NCBI GenBank assembly: GCA_001949185.1
Contig: BDGG01000003.1
Span: 2,421,663-2,485,662 of the forward strand
DNA length: 64,000 nt
Source of the DNA: Ramazzottius varieornatus
Taxonomy: Eukaryota > Animalia > Tardigrada
Direction of reading: 5' to 3'
In this document: in pieces, positions 33,744-47,452 of the stretch
Position numbering within the stretch: position 1 is the first letter of the stretch
Layout of the letters: each line of letters begins with the position of its first letter
The notes under the pieces: model-generated
The model's database searches: none
What the model saw: only the letters and a program-made list of their open reading frames with translations
Told to the model about the DNA's origin: nothing
Position numbers and translations under genes: made by a program

Positions 33744-34701
33744 ATGTTGCGTACCTCTTTACCTTGCTATGGGGAGATTTCGACAGTGCTCTTTCACCTC
33801 ACAATCCTATTCTCGTCAGCCGCAAGTTCGCCATTTATGCCAGGCAAGACTTTCAGCCGGAGCAGAAGGACGTTGGATGTAGCTCCTGGAATGACTCGTC
33901 AAACAGCGACAGGCACAGGCCAAAATCCCATGCTTGGGCTTGCCGGACTGGGTAGGTGCAATTACGGCCTGACGAGCGTTGAAATATTGTTCTGACCTAA
34001 TAAGCATGTTATTTCAGGCGCTGCCCTGAACAACCTTCCTTGTAAGTTGCATCGGATCTTTAATAAGTCATCCACAGAGGGTTTTGAGTTTGCACTTGTG
34101 TAATTATTTTCGTTCTTGCTCACTAGTGCTGTTGCAACTGCTGGGAGGCGGCGGTCTCGGAGGGCTTTTGGGACTTCCAGGTCAGGGAGGAGCCAGTGAG
34201 GAGGCTGGGCACGGTGCTGGGATGGGTCACTTTGGTGGAGGCCGGGAAACCAGATCCACCGGGCATGTCTCCAACAACCATGCCTTCATACAGCAAAATC
34301 TCAACAATGACCAGCCAAACTCCTTCGGCAGTTTTTTGAAGAACGCCCCAATCTTCAACAATAACAATATTGATAAGAATAATCTTAACAACAATAATCA
34401 GAACCAGAATAATAACGGAGGAAGATTTCCACCAACCTTCTCTCGGAGCCACGAAAGAAGGCCCAACTTTTCCAACTTTGCAGCCGGCCTGAGCTCGAAC
34501 GCAGGTATCATGATGGCTCCCCAAAGGTTTCCCGACCCGAAATTCCTCCCCCAGAGCTCAAACTTGAGCACCAACCGCAACTTTGTCTCGGCAAACCCAC
34601 AGCTGACGTTGTCCTTCCAACCAGCAAAGCAGAACAACGGGGGACATCAGCCAGGAATAGGATGTATGGCCAAAGACTCTGGAGTACCCATATTCGGCTG
34701 A
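33744..34701 (+). CDS. Secreted Gly/Leu- and Asn-rich low-complexity prepro-protein; 3 exons (33744-33951, 34018-34041, 34127-34701)
   Basis: Signal-like N-terminus, RSRR site, 24-nt micro-exon with good splice sites in frame, LLQLLGGGGLGGLLGL, RETR site, poly-Asn tract, ends PIFG-stop. Confidence 0.7.
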
Positions 34702-35805
34702 GGACCTTTGCGGCCTAGTTTTTCCGACCACATCGCGGCCTAAGAATGTGAAAATGGACTGGGTAGCAAATCATAAACGACGCTTCTTTTCCGATGATTA
34801 ATTTATTTTTTGAATATTCTCCTTTGTTCATTTGCCTTGTTTATTCTCATATTACGACGAATTTTCTACGGGGTTCTCTGTATTTTGCGCGCCCAGAACT
34901 CAGGCTTGAAAACTAAACAGAAAACCAAACTTGAGAAAGCATCTTGTGGCAGAGACCCGCGCACTAAAAAGGCCATACCAGACTTGTGTAATTCGTTATC
35001 GATCGAGCGAGACCTGCTGCATGTATTACAATCCCACAAGCATGCACGTCCCATCCAGACTGGCAGATGTAGCGCAGTGCATGGTTGGGTTACAAATCTT
35101 TTGGACCCTAATCCCAGGAACTGCTTAGCGTACAATGGCTCACGTAACAAACCTCCAGCTGATCGAAGACTAGTGGGCCCCTTCGTTGGGAATATGTATG
35201 CAATGGGAAATCGCCAATCAGCAAGGCATCACATTGGGAGCTTCATCCAAAAGCAAGTACGAGCAACCCATGCTGCGCCGAGGAACTGTCCGTCTATTGA
35301 TTTTCCCCCTCTTCCTCTTACGATCGATGCACGTTTCCGCATTTGTGGAACCTTCGTGCTCCCTCTGTATCGGACGTTGATTCAGCCAGCTTTTATATCG
35401 AGCGTTTTTCATATTACAGCCTTTCATTACCTTCCCTTTGCTGGCAGTAGATTTACAGCCGAAGCTAGACCGCGTTGTATTGTCGGCAGCTTCTCATTTC
35501 TCGATCGTTCCGTGGAATTCCTGACTAATACCCAAATATGCTTTCTACCATGTATGGCCGACAAGGCTGGAATCTGGTCCTCCGTATGAATCCCTTCATC
35601 AAAGAGAGTTGAAACATCTACTTCCGCCTCACAACGTTTTTGAGACAACATTCAAACTATCTAATGGCTGAGCTCACCTGTGATACCGCGAATGCAGCTG
35701 CTCTCCCTACTTCCATCCTCTCGCTCCCACGCATGTTCCTTGTGACGTCTGCGTATCGGCTACCGTCTTATTAGAGAACCTAGAAACACAGCCACATCTT
35801 CAAAC

Positions 35806-38800
35806 ATGGACAAGTTCTCAATGGTCACCCTCAGGTAAATTCTCTTGCCCAAACCAAAACTACTCATGATAGCTTTCAGTGTGGTAGCGCATCCGAACAT
35901 CCAGTTTGTGGTGTTGTGAGGGTTCGTGGTCGACTGCCAGATTTTACTCTAGAGAGCGTCTTCTTCGCTCATCGGTTGCAGTCAATACGGAGCTGCCACT
36001 CTAGTTCTCTGCAAATTAACGGAATTAAAAAAAACAGCGATTACGCTATAAGGGCTTCCGCATCGACTTATGGAATTTGAAAAAGATCAGGGAACTTATG
36101 ATGCCAAGCAAGCAAAAGCCTAATTTGATTAATCTTATTAATTCGAACTGCCGCAGAACCTTCACTATATTTTATCGATTTTCTAAGAACGACTATCGGT
36201 CTACCATTATAATTATCCGCTATTCATGCTTGATCTTTTCGAGACTATATATAAAATTTAATTCGCGTTGGTGGGAACCGGGTTCCAGCTCGAAAATAAT
36301 GATTGCTTATGTCTCTAGCAAAATGGCCAACCAAAGTGCCGACTTGAGTGGAGGCGGAAGTGCGGCCGAAGACGAGGTTCAACCCAATGTCAGACAGCAT
36401 GGTCGCTTCCGCCAAATGTTGGGAAAAGTGGCATCCGCTCTCGGTTTCAAAAGCGCTGCTGACCGTAAACCGAAGGCGTTGTTCATCCTGGGAGAGGACA
36501 ACATCATTCGCAGGACCGCAAAGAAGGTCATCCAGTGGGAACCCTTCGAGTACGGGGTGTTGATTACCATTATTGCCAACTGTGTCGTCCTGGCCCTGGA
36601 GGAACATTTACCCAACGACGACAAAACGGTGCTGGCGCTGGAGCTGGTGAGTTTGACAAATTAGTAGTCTTTACCCTACCTTCTTTGTGGAGCGACACGC
36701 AAGTTCGCCGAATCGCGGCAAATCAATTATTGCTCCCCACGCTAGTCAAAGACGATGCAACGAGCTCGGCTTAACGTGCCAATATCGTTACCTTTATCTC
36801 CTTATAAACCGTAAATATCATTTCAATTTTTACAGGAAAAAACCGAAAATTATTTCATGGCAATATTTTGTGTGGAATGCTCGATGAAAATTCTCGCATT
36901 GGGGCTGGTCCTCCATAAAGGTTCTTACCTGAGAAGTTTCTGGAACATCATGGATTTCACAGTGGTCGTTACCGGGTAGGTTCACAAGAAGAAAAATGAC
37001 ACCGGGTAACATCTGGCTGAAACAGCTATGTTTCCAATATTTTAGTTTCATTACGATATTCGCCGCTCAATCTACCTCGTTCGACTTGCGTACCCTCCGC
37101 GCCGTAAGGGTACTCCGGCCTCTCAAGCTGGTTTCCGGCGTTCCGAGTAAGTCCTACTTACCTATTTTGTGTAAGGCACGTCCATACAGATCTGAGGAGA
37201 CAGTTTTTTGTAGGTCTGCAGGTTGTCTTGAAATCGATTATTCGAGCCATGGCGCCCCTGCTGCAGATTGGCTTACTGGTCTTGTTCGCCATTCTGATCT
37301 TCGCCATCATCGGTCTGGAGTTCTACTGTGGGATATTCCACTTCACCTGCTTCAACACCACGTCGCGTAAGTTAACTTTGCGAGAATTATAAGTCCTAAA
37401 TGAAACCAGGTATGTTGACGGGCTCATTCTTCAGACGAACCTGTTCTGCTGGGCGGGTTCCCCACGCCCTGTTCGACGTCCAGCGGGTACGGTGGAGCTT
37501 ATGAGTGTCCTGCCGGATCAACTTGCGACCGATGGTGGATTGGACCAAGCTACGGCATTACCAGCTTTGATAACATTGGTTTCGCCATGTTGACGGTTTT
37601 CCAATGTATCACCATGGAAGGCTGGACGAGTGTCATGTACTGGGTACGGCTGAGAACACTGCGCATGCGGTTCCCCACTGCAAATCACTGGAGATAGGTT
37701 GCTGGCGGACATTTGATCTTTGGCTCACTCTTTTCGTAGACGGATGATGCTCTAGGGAATTCTTTCAATTGGGCTTACTTTGTACCGCTGATCGTCATTG
37801 GATCCTTCTTCATGTTGAACTTGGTTCTTGGTGTGCTGAGCGGGTAAGCTGTGCTGTGAACTAAAACCAATTGATGTTTCCGTTGAGTCTCTTCTTCATG
37901 GCTTCTTTTGCGCAGTGAGTTCGCCAAAGAGAGAGAGCGTGTCGAGAAGCGACAAGAGTTTCTTAGGCAGAAGCGAAAAGCTCAGGTGGAGCGAGAACTG
38001 GGTGGATACCTTAATTGGATAAGCAAAGCAGGTAAAAACTCAACTGTGACAGAAGTTCAATCAAGCAATCAAAAGGTTTCGCGGTCCTCTTTGTCCGGCA
38101 TGTAAGAGCGTATAACATTATCTATTACATGACACTTTGTCAACACTGGTACTGTTGAAATTTGATGCAGTAAATTCGATCCATTTCTTTCTATCTTGAT
38201 CGGTGAATCTGCGTCCTCTTAACTGATCCACGGAGCTCAATCACGACTGAAGCATGATATATTTGCAGAGGAAGTCATCCTGCAGGAAGAAAAGACCACG
38301 GATGAGGAGAAGCTTCATATCATCGAAGGTAGGCTTCTAAGTGATATTCCAGTTCATACTGTGGCTACTTGTCAACATTACCTTCGTGCTTAGCTCGACG
38401 AAGAGCTGCACTCAAAAAGGCTCGTATCGAAGCGCAGAAGAAGATGTCGGAGGCGCAGAAGAGAGGGGAAGCCAAACAAAAAGAGGCAGAAGAAGATCTG
38501 GATCTGGAGGCTGATGCTGATGTTGACGATGACGAGGATGGTAATAAACCAGATTAACCAGATCGAAAAACGTGTAGTCTTCCCTCCAGAATCACTGCAC
38601 AGAGCTGGACGTGTCTTGGATCCTCGTAGATTTTACCGGAGAGAAAAGCTTGAAAAGCGATTTCGTCAAATCGCTCAATCGAAGAAACAAACTGCTGAAG
38701 TAAGCTCTTCCTTACCTCTATTATCGTATGGGATGACATGACATGCTTTGACGTGATATGACGTGATATTTCGGAGTATGTATTGCTTAACGTAGATCCT

Positions 38801-41800
38801 TCCTTTTATTTGCAGGCTCAAAATCCGGAAGATGGTGAAAACCACGGAGTTTTATTGGTTTGTTATCGTACTGGTTGCCTTGAACACAGCCTGCGTCGCC
38901 GTCGAGCACAAAAACCAACCGCAGTGGCTGACGAAGTTTCTATGTAAGTTAAACAGTTGCAAGATCGTCTTTCGTGAAACCTGCCTGTTGTTTTTATTCA
39001 AGATCGACTTTTTTGTCCACAGACTACGCAGAGTTCAGCTTTCTGGGCATCTTTCTGACCGAGATGTCCATCAAGATTTACGGCTTAGGACCTCGGAAAT
39101 ACTTCAGCGCCAGTTTCAATCGGTTTGATTGTGTGGTTATCAGTGGGAGTATATTCGAGGTAGTATGGGCCACCTTCAAAGAAGACGCCTCCTTTGGCAT
39201 CTCCGCCCTGCGTGCCTTGCGTTTACTGCGAGTGTTCAAAATGACCGCTTACTGGAGGTCCCTCAGTAACTTGGTCCTTTCTCTGCTGAACTCCATGCGT
39301 TCCATCGTTAGCTTGCTCTTCCTCCTTTTCTTGTTCATCCTCATATTTGCCTTACTCGGGATGCAGCTGTTTGGCGGAAAGTAAGTAGAGCACCGGTCAA
39401 TGGGAAAACCTAGATCGTCATCGCGAATGGCGCACGTTTTATTATTGTCGGCTGAGAGCGTGCGCCGCTTGGGGGAAACGCATTGGGTGAATGCACTCGC
39501 CGATGTCCCAAGTATACTGATCCAACACTGCTGTGCATTGTAGGTTCAATTTTGAGGACGGAACTCCGCCCGGGAACTTCAACTCTTTCCCCATAGCTAT
39601 GCTAACAGTCTTCCAGATCTTGACCGGTGAAGACTGGAACGAAATTATGTACAATGGTATTCGTTCTACCGGTGGCGTCAACGGCAGTGGGATGGTCTAC
39701 TGCTCCTACTTCATCATTCTGCTGATATTCGGAAACTGTTAGTCGCACTGATGTTTAGCTTTGAAAAGTTGGTGGTTCTTGCCAAAAATATGATTGTTTC
39801 TTGTTCGAAAACTTTGCAAACATGACTTGAAGAGGGTCGTATGTGCAGCCTGTAAGAGTAAGAAAATCGCCACTTGGGATGACGACCATGTTCAGTACAT
39901 TCGCCAACGTCCATTTTTCAGGCTTTTTGTTTCTGACGGTTTTGTTTTTCGACAGATACTCTGCTCAATGTCTTCCTTGCCATTGCCGTTGACAACTTGG
40001 CTAACGCTGAAGCCATGACAAAAGCTCAGAACGCGGAGGATGAAAAGAAGAAGCTCGCAGCAGCGGCAGAAGCTTTGGCGGAGGAGCAGAAGAAAGCCGT
40101 CACCCTTGCACAACAAGCTCCAATTATTCTGGACGAACACGGGGATATGATCGACCTGTACGACTTGAGCGACATGGGTCCACCACAAGTCAACATTTGC
40201 CCACCTTCGCCTCATGAGAAAGGCGGGCTGGGCGTCCCGTCATCCAAGTAAGTACTTCGATCGTTAAAACGCCATCATTCACAAATAATCTCTTTCCCTT
40301 TGGAAACAGTCATCGTAAGAGCTCGTTAATCATGGAAGGAGCTGTAAGGATGCCCTCAGATCGTAGCGTGACCATCGACGATGTTTCCAACCGCACGGCG
40401 AACCTGACGGATGATGAGAGCGAGTCGACCGGAAGTGTGGCCAGCAGTGACTCGGAACTGCGGAATCGGAGAAATAACGACAAAGCACCGAAAGCTAAAC
40501 CAATCTTGCCATATCGGTCGCTGTTCATACTGTCGCCCACCAACCTGTAAGACTCCTACTGTCGAAAACTCCCGATTACAGTATATAAACACATACATTA
40601 TTCTTACTTTAGAATTCGCCGACTTTGCCATAACATTGTCAACCTGCGCTTCTTCGACACGTTCATCATGATCGTCATCTGCTTGAGTAGTATCTCATTG
40701 GCAGCCGAAGACCCGGTGGAAACGAACAACGCGCGGAACCAGATTTTGACATACACTGATTACGTTTTCACTGGCGTCTTCACGGTCGAGATGGTCCTGA
40801 AGGTAGGCCCAACCCTTCCTAAATTATCAAAGTGGTTTTTGCAGCGGGAAAAACTTACTGTCGAACTCGGGTAGGTCGTCGATTTGGGTCTCGTGCTACA
40901 CCCTGGTGCCTACGGGCGAGATCTCTGGAATGTGCTGGACTCTATCGTCGTCACTTGCGCATTAGTCTCCTTCGCTTTCAGGTACGTGGAAGTGATCAGT
41001 AAAATATTGATCTTAATTCTTTTCAACCTTCTGTATTGTGTATCGATGGATGAAGGTTCTGTGCTTTTGCAGTGACCAAGGTTCGAAAGCCAAGAACTTC
41101 AGCACCATCAAGTCTCTTCGAGTACTTCGGGTGCTGCGTCCCCTGAAGACCATTAATCGTGTGCCTAAACTGAAGGCTGTCTTTGACTGTGTGGTTAATT
41201 CCCTAAAGAACGTCTTGAACATCCTCGTAGTCTATGGGCTCTTCCAGTTCATCTTTGCCGTCATTGCCGTACAGTTGTTCAATGGCAAATTCCATTACTG
41301 TACTGATGAAACCAAGCTCACAGAAGAAGACTGCCAGTAAGTCTTACCTCTCAAGTTAACAGTAATCTCGTCTGACGAACTCCATAAACGGATTCTTTTT
41401 CAGAGGGGAATTTTTCGTATACGACAGTCGGAAACCTTTGCCTCGCGTGGAACCTCGAATATGGAAACTCCGCGAGTTCCACTACGATAACGTCATCTAC
41501 GCTTGGCTGACGCTGTTCACAGTGTCGACGGGCGAAGGATGGCCCCAGTAAGATAACCATTGCTGAAAGGATTCCGGGGCTAGATTGAAATTCAGTGTAT
41601 GTTCTCTCTAGAGTATTACATCATTCCATGGACGCCACTCAAGAGGGTCGCGGTCCGCTGCCAGCCTACCGAATGGAGATGGCCATCTTTTACGTGGTCT
41701 ACTTCATCGTCTTCCCGTTCTTCTTCGTCAACATTTTCGTCGCTTTAATTATCATCACGTTTCAAGAGCAGGGTGAGAAAGAACTAGTTGAGGGTGATGT

Positions 41801-44800
41801 GGACAAGAACCAGGTACGTATCGCGATGACGTCAGTATCCTAAAGTCGGTTGCAGCCAACGCTGGTCCCAGTTGAGTTGTGTATTCCAGAAATCTTGTAT
41901 CGATTTCGTGATAAACGCCCGTCCAACTTCTCGCTTTATGCCCAAGAACAAGGATTCGTTCAAGTATAAAGTCTGGAAGATGGTAGTCTCGACGGGATTT
42001 GAGTACTTCATCATGGCCATGATTACGGCTAACACGTTGGTCTTGATGTTGAAGGTACAGTGTGGAGACCTACTGCTTTTAACGATCAATGAAATTTCTA
42101 CGGCTCGGAATTTCTTTTGAATCATAAAATTTCAATACGAAAATATATTCAGTTTTCACGACCAGTAATGCATAACACTCAACGAAATTTTATTGGCTAT
42201 ATTGCGGATGGATAGTGTCCATTGTGTGATGTCTGTCTGTGGTTAACGAGTAAATTTTCGCAGCACGATGATTCGTCTGAAATGTTCAACGAAGTGTCGA
42301 AAAACATGAACATTGCTTTCACCTCCCTTTTCTTCGTTGAATCTATCCTGAAAATTATTGGATTCGGCTTCAAGGTAACTGTGGCATTGGTGGTGGCAGC
42401 ACTAACGGGTCTCTTTTTGTCGGGACGAATGGCAGGTCGATGAGCCTACGGATACGTACGTGGCGGTGCTGGACTACTCTAACATGGCCTTCACGGTCCT
42501 GTTCACTATCGAGTGCAACTTGAAAATCCTGGCGTTCGGATTCAAGGTTGGCTACGGGCTGGTCCACAGTTAGCTGCCCCATTCTTAACTAGTACAAGCA
42601 TACAGACTGGTCACAAAACTTTGCCCACTTTGTCTCCTTGTCCGCGTTATCCGTGTTACTGCTCCCTTCACTAACCACCTTCACACTTTCTGTAAAACGC
42701 ACTCGCGTTTACCTTGCTCCTTCCCTGTTAAACCGTGTCTCACCCGTCCAACCTTGGTCCGATCGTCCAACACTATGTTCACCGCCCACACGTACGTCCG
42801 GTTCCCGCCATCGACCCCCTGCACTTCCTCCTGCAAGTCGCTCTTTCCTATCTTATCTAGTCAGTTGTGCTCCTTGATGCACCATAATGACTATGTTACT
42901 CTCGTAGAACTACTTCCGGGATGCGTGGAACATTTTCGACTTCATCACAGTCATCGGAAGTATCATCGATACTCTGGTCTCCGAGTTCGGCGAGCAGTTC
43001 CCCAGCTTGAGTTTTCTCCGGTTGTTCCGAGCGGCTCGACTCGTGAAACTACTACGGCAAGGATACACCATTCGCATCCTGTTGTGGACGTTCGTTCAGT
43101 CCTTCAAAGCCTTGCCTTATGTCTGCCTGCTGATTGGCATGCTTTTCTTTATTTACGCCATCATCGGCATGCAGGTATGTAAAAATGGATTTGCTCATTA
43201 ACCGAAGCTCGCCCAACAGACTCCACAAGATCGTTCTACCAAGTGGCGCATACTGTCGGCCATTACCGGAAACAATACGCTACTTGTGAAAAGAGCCTTG
43301 TCGATTTTGTTTGCCCGGCTTCTATTTTAGGTGCTCTTTATGATATCTTTTGTATCGCAGATTTTCGGGAACATTCACCTCGATCCAGCCAGCGAAATCA
43401 ACCGTCACAGCAACTTCCGAACTTTCTTCTCTTCGCTGTTGGTACTTTTCCGATGCGCAACTGGAGAGGCTTGGCAGCGGATCATGCTAGCCTGTATAGG
43501 CGGGATGAAGTGCGATGAGAAGTCCGACCAGCAGGGTTATAATTGCGGCTTGGACGTGGCGTACTTTTACTTCTGCTCGTTCGTCTTCCTATGCTGCTTC
43601 CTGGTGAGCTGAATCCCTATCTTCACACCATAGTTCCCTTTGACAAATGTTTTTCAAATCGAACCGTTTCCCTTTCGCAGATGCTCAATTTGTTCGTGGC
43701 TGTCATTATGGACAACTTCGACTACCTGACTAGAGACTCGTCCATCCTCGGCGCTCACCACCTCGACGAGTTCATTCGCTGTTGGGCGGAGTACGATCCT
43801 GCTGCGACGTAAGCGAAGAAAATCTCATGGGAATCTGAGATTTTAATGACCATGGTTATCTTGTGTGGTTTCAGTGGGCGGATCCATTACACGGACATGT
43901 ACGAAATGTTGCGTAACATGGCGCCGCCTGTTGGTTTCGGTCGAAAGTGCCCGTACCGGCTGGCTTACAAGCGCCTCATCAGAATGAACATGCCCGTAGC
44001 AGACGACGGCACAGTCCATTTCACCAACACGCTCTTCTCTCTTATCCGAGAGTCTCTGAAGATCAAGATATCGGTTAAACCTGATGACTGGAAAGGTATG
44101 TGATCGGTCTTGGAAGGTTCGTGGTCGGTGCAAATCGATTGAACACCAGAGACGGTATTTGCATGTTTCAGATGATGAAATGGGCAAGTGGATTCCGGCG
44201 GACCCCGATCAGCTAGACGAGGAACTTCGGCAGTCCATCAGGCGCATGTGGCCCATGCAGGCCAAGAAAATGCTCAACTATCTCGTGCCGCCCGATGAAG
44301 GTAAGCAGAAGCGAAAAGAAACCCAAAGAATGCAACATGATCGGTCTCTCAAGTGGCGTACACGTGCATTGTTTTCGGCTGAAGGGGTGCACCACTTGGG
44401 GGAACAATCACGTTCAAGTCATTTGCCAAGTCTCAAATCATTTAGGCTAAACGTCCGTACATTGATTCTCTTGTCGTTTAGAGTTAACTTATAAGAAGTT
44501 GACCGTGGGCAAGATTTACGCCGGGCTGCTGATCCTGGAGAACTGGCGGGCTTACAGGGCCAACAATCAAGGAGTACGAGGTGGATTCGCCCAACCGGTA
44601 AGTGCCTCGGTACTCTACTTAGTACGTTTTGCAAGAGCACGATCTCGTCTATGTCGCACGATAAGACACTGTCCCGCACTTGTTCGACTCCATGGTGCGC
44701 ACGAAGAACCCCTGAGTCGTATGCAACTAATGATCTGAAATCAATATGTGTCCCTGTTCGAATGTCCGAATGTCCCTCCATATTGTACCCTGTCTCTTTT

Positions 44801-46538
44801 TTTCTTTCGTGCACCCGAATGTTCAGGCGGCTCCAGATGACGAAGAAGAGGTTAGTACGTCCAAACAGAATCTGTCTTGTTTTGGTGTGCCCATGTTGCT
44901 ACAGTATATTATATTCCGCGCGACGAGCTTGTACTTTTTGCGACTCAGTACAACTTTGCTCGAAGTTTGCTTTATGTTTGGCCTACGCCCATACCGGAGG
45001 CTGCGGACTGCGTTACGTACTATTTTGCCACTCTGTTATGTTCACTCTTTATTGCTGTGTGTTTTCTTTTCCCTGGTTTATACTTGAATACGCTGAAATG
45101 GCGTTCTGAGTCGGTGATGAGAAATGTTGTTCTTGCATGTAGCGTCAAACTACTATATTCTCCAAAATAATGGGAGTGGTGCGGGACAAGCACCATCACA
45201 GAAGCGACCTTAGCTTGGACCATAACGAAGGCGAGGATCGTTCTAGAGCTCCGTCCATCACCCATGGTTCCTTACTGAGGTACGTCACTGAAGTAGTTTT
45301 GTCCACGATTTCGTAATACCAACTCATTACTGACAATCAAGTATAATTTCATGGTAGTGTGGACCAGTATAGTCCGGACGCGCGCTCCTTCACGCGCTCC
45401 TTCAGTATACTGCGTCGCGGGAGCCACCGGCGGAAGTTGATGCAGCAACAGAAAGCCGCAGAAGCTGAAGTTTCCAGACGTCAGTCTCATGACACGAAGT
45501 CCGATGGCACAGTCAGGGAAGGCGGCTACACCACCGACATGTCTTTACCTACTCTGACAGTCGAAGAAGACGTCAACACGGCGACGGAAGGCGACATGAC
45601 GGAAGCCGAAAATACTCGCGCAGTGCGCTTCCGTTATCCCGAACGATCTTCTAATCAACTGACGCCACGATCAGCTTCTCCTGCCTTCTCGCAGTCTTCT
45701 GCCGGTACGACAACACGAACACGTATAGTTTCCGAGCTGAGTCTAGCATTTTATTTTTCACAGAGTCGTACTTGGTGAACGCGATCGAGCAAGCGCGGTT
45801 GAAGAACCGCCTCAGTCAGATGCATCGCGAGGCAAGTCCCGGGCAAAGACGGCAGCTTCCCCAGTTCTCCGGCGTGCGAGCAGGGCGCCTACTGCCAAGT
45901 ACCAACACGAGCCACTGGCCCCAACCCGTGATCCATGGTCAGCCACCACGTCGGATCAACGAGTGGGAGACGGAAGTGGCGCCTCGCCCGGTTTCACAAC
46001 GATGGCTGCCACCTGAGCCTAGCAGCTTCCGCCCTGGGCCCCTGCCACCTCGCCAGCTGCCAATAAGGTATCTGCAACTTGACACTTCACCACATTGCTG
46101 ACTACAAATAATCATTCTTTCTTCATGTTTTGCGAGTCAGGATGAGACGTCGGTAAATGACTTGATTTGCCGACGTCCGATGTCGAGCATATTGAGCTCA
46201 AAAGCTTTATCAGATAAATTAAATTTTTGTCATCTTATATTTGCAGTAACGGGAATGGTCACTACGGACGTCGTCTACCGCATTCACCTGCTCCTCGTAT
46301 AGTGCGACCTTCGTTCACAACCATTCCGGTGGAGTTCCTGGAGGACGAGTCACCGGTGATTGAACGTCGCTTCAGCCGAGGTCCGTCGTTGGACAGGCGC
46401 CAAGAAAGCATAGAGTCCCGGCGGTTCCTGCCTCAAGAGCCAAACCGCCGAGGCCACCCTCCACCTCCTCATATTCAAGGACCAATTGACCTGGTGTCAG
46501 ATACTGAAACCGACGAGGAGTTTGGTGGATGGCGTTAG
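35806..46538 (+). CDS. cac: Voltage-gated calcium channel alpha-1 subunit, Cav2 type (cacophony/unc-2 orthologue); >30 exons
   Basis: Four S1-S6 repeats; S4 segments [58 protein letters not shown]; EEEE filter (TMEGW, TGEDW, TGEGW, TGEAW); [20 protein letters not shown]; IQ region [13 protein letters not shown]. Probable first exon 35806-35834 joins in frame to 36319. Confidence 0.97.
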
Positions 46539-47452
46539 AGTTTTACTCGTAAATACTTTTTGTCTTCAAAGATGAAAATCTGTGATTTTTTACCTCCGAG
46601 GTTCTGGAAAAGCATCCCAATATATCCTTTGTTATATCCCGGTTTCAAATATTTCAGACGTTATTATTTTATATTTTAACCAACTATGTGTTGTCACGAA
46701 GAAACAATTACAGTATGTCACTTATCTCAGACTGGGCAAATTTAAATTGTACAATAAACAAACAGTTTTTCCCCACCGTTGTATTTGACCGTCGATAACT
46801 CGATGATGACCAGGCAGAACACAGCGAAGCACCCCAGACAAAGAAGTGATAACTGACCACTGGCTCGCTTCCTCGTTCGGTGCTGAGTGCTGACTGACTT
46901 CTTCCTTCCTGTGATGATCTAATCTGGCTCTTATCTTCTGTCGGCCTTGTTTTACGAGGTGTGCAGTACGGAAGAAGCAAACGTCGTTCCATGTTTTGAC
47001 TGGCATTGACGTGAAGATGGTTATAGACGTAAAGCTCGGAAGAAGTAACCATATCCCTTGGACCCCTAGCTCTGGCAAGAGATAATTTTTTCTTATATCA
47101 TGCAATGTCATGGTAGATCTGTAGAAGCCAGCCAGAAGTATGAAAATCCTTATCTTTATGGGAGAAAGTGCTTGAACTTCAGAGGACTGTCTTCGTACCA
47201 GCGCTCACCAGAAGTCTGATATTACCGGGGGAAACATCGCCTAGCTGCGTTGAAAACATTACCTCTTATTCGGGGTTTGCTTGCCGACTCGTCGTTGGGT
47301 TTCCGTATACTTGAACCCTTCGCAAACTGCTTGCGTTTATCTTTACAACACTTTTTGTTGTTGTTCATTTGAATAATCTGCATGTCGTACGCCTGACCGG
47401 TCCAACACAACAACATAGTTTTCGAGTTTTAGTTAGATCGGTATCGCCCAAA

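Noticed and set aside
34810-35589. 259-aa plus-strand ORF upstream of Cav2
   Set aside because: Non-ATG start, no recognisable motifs, overlaps the preceding 3' UTR and the probable Cav2 promoter; likely a chance ORF.
139-46538. Functional clustering of Kv-beta and Cav2
   Set aside because: They are over 30 kb apart with many unrelated genes between; proximity is expected by chance in a compact genome.
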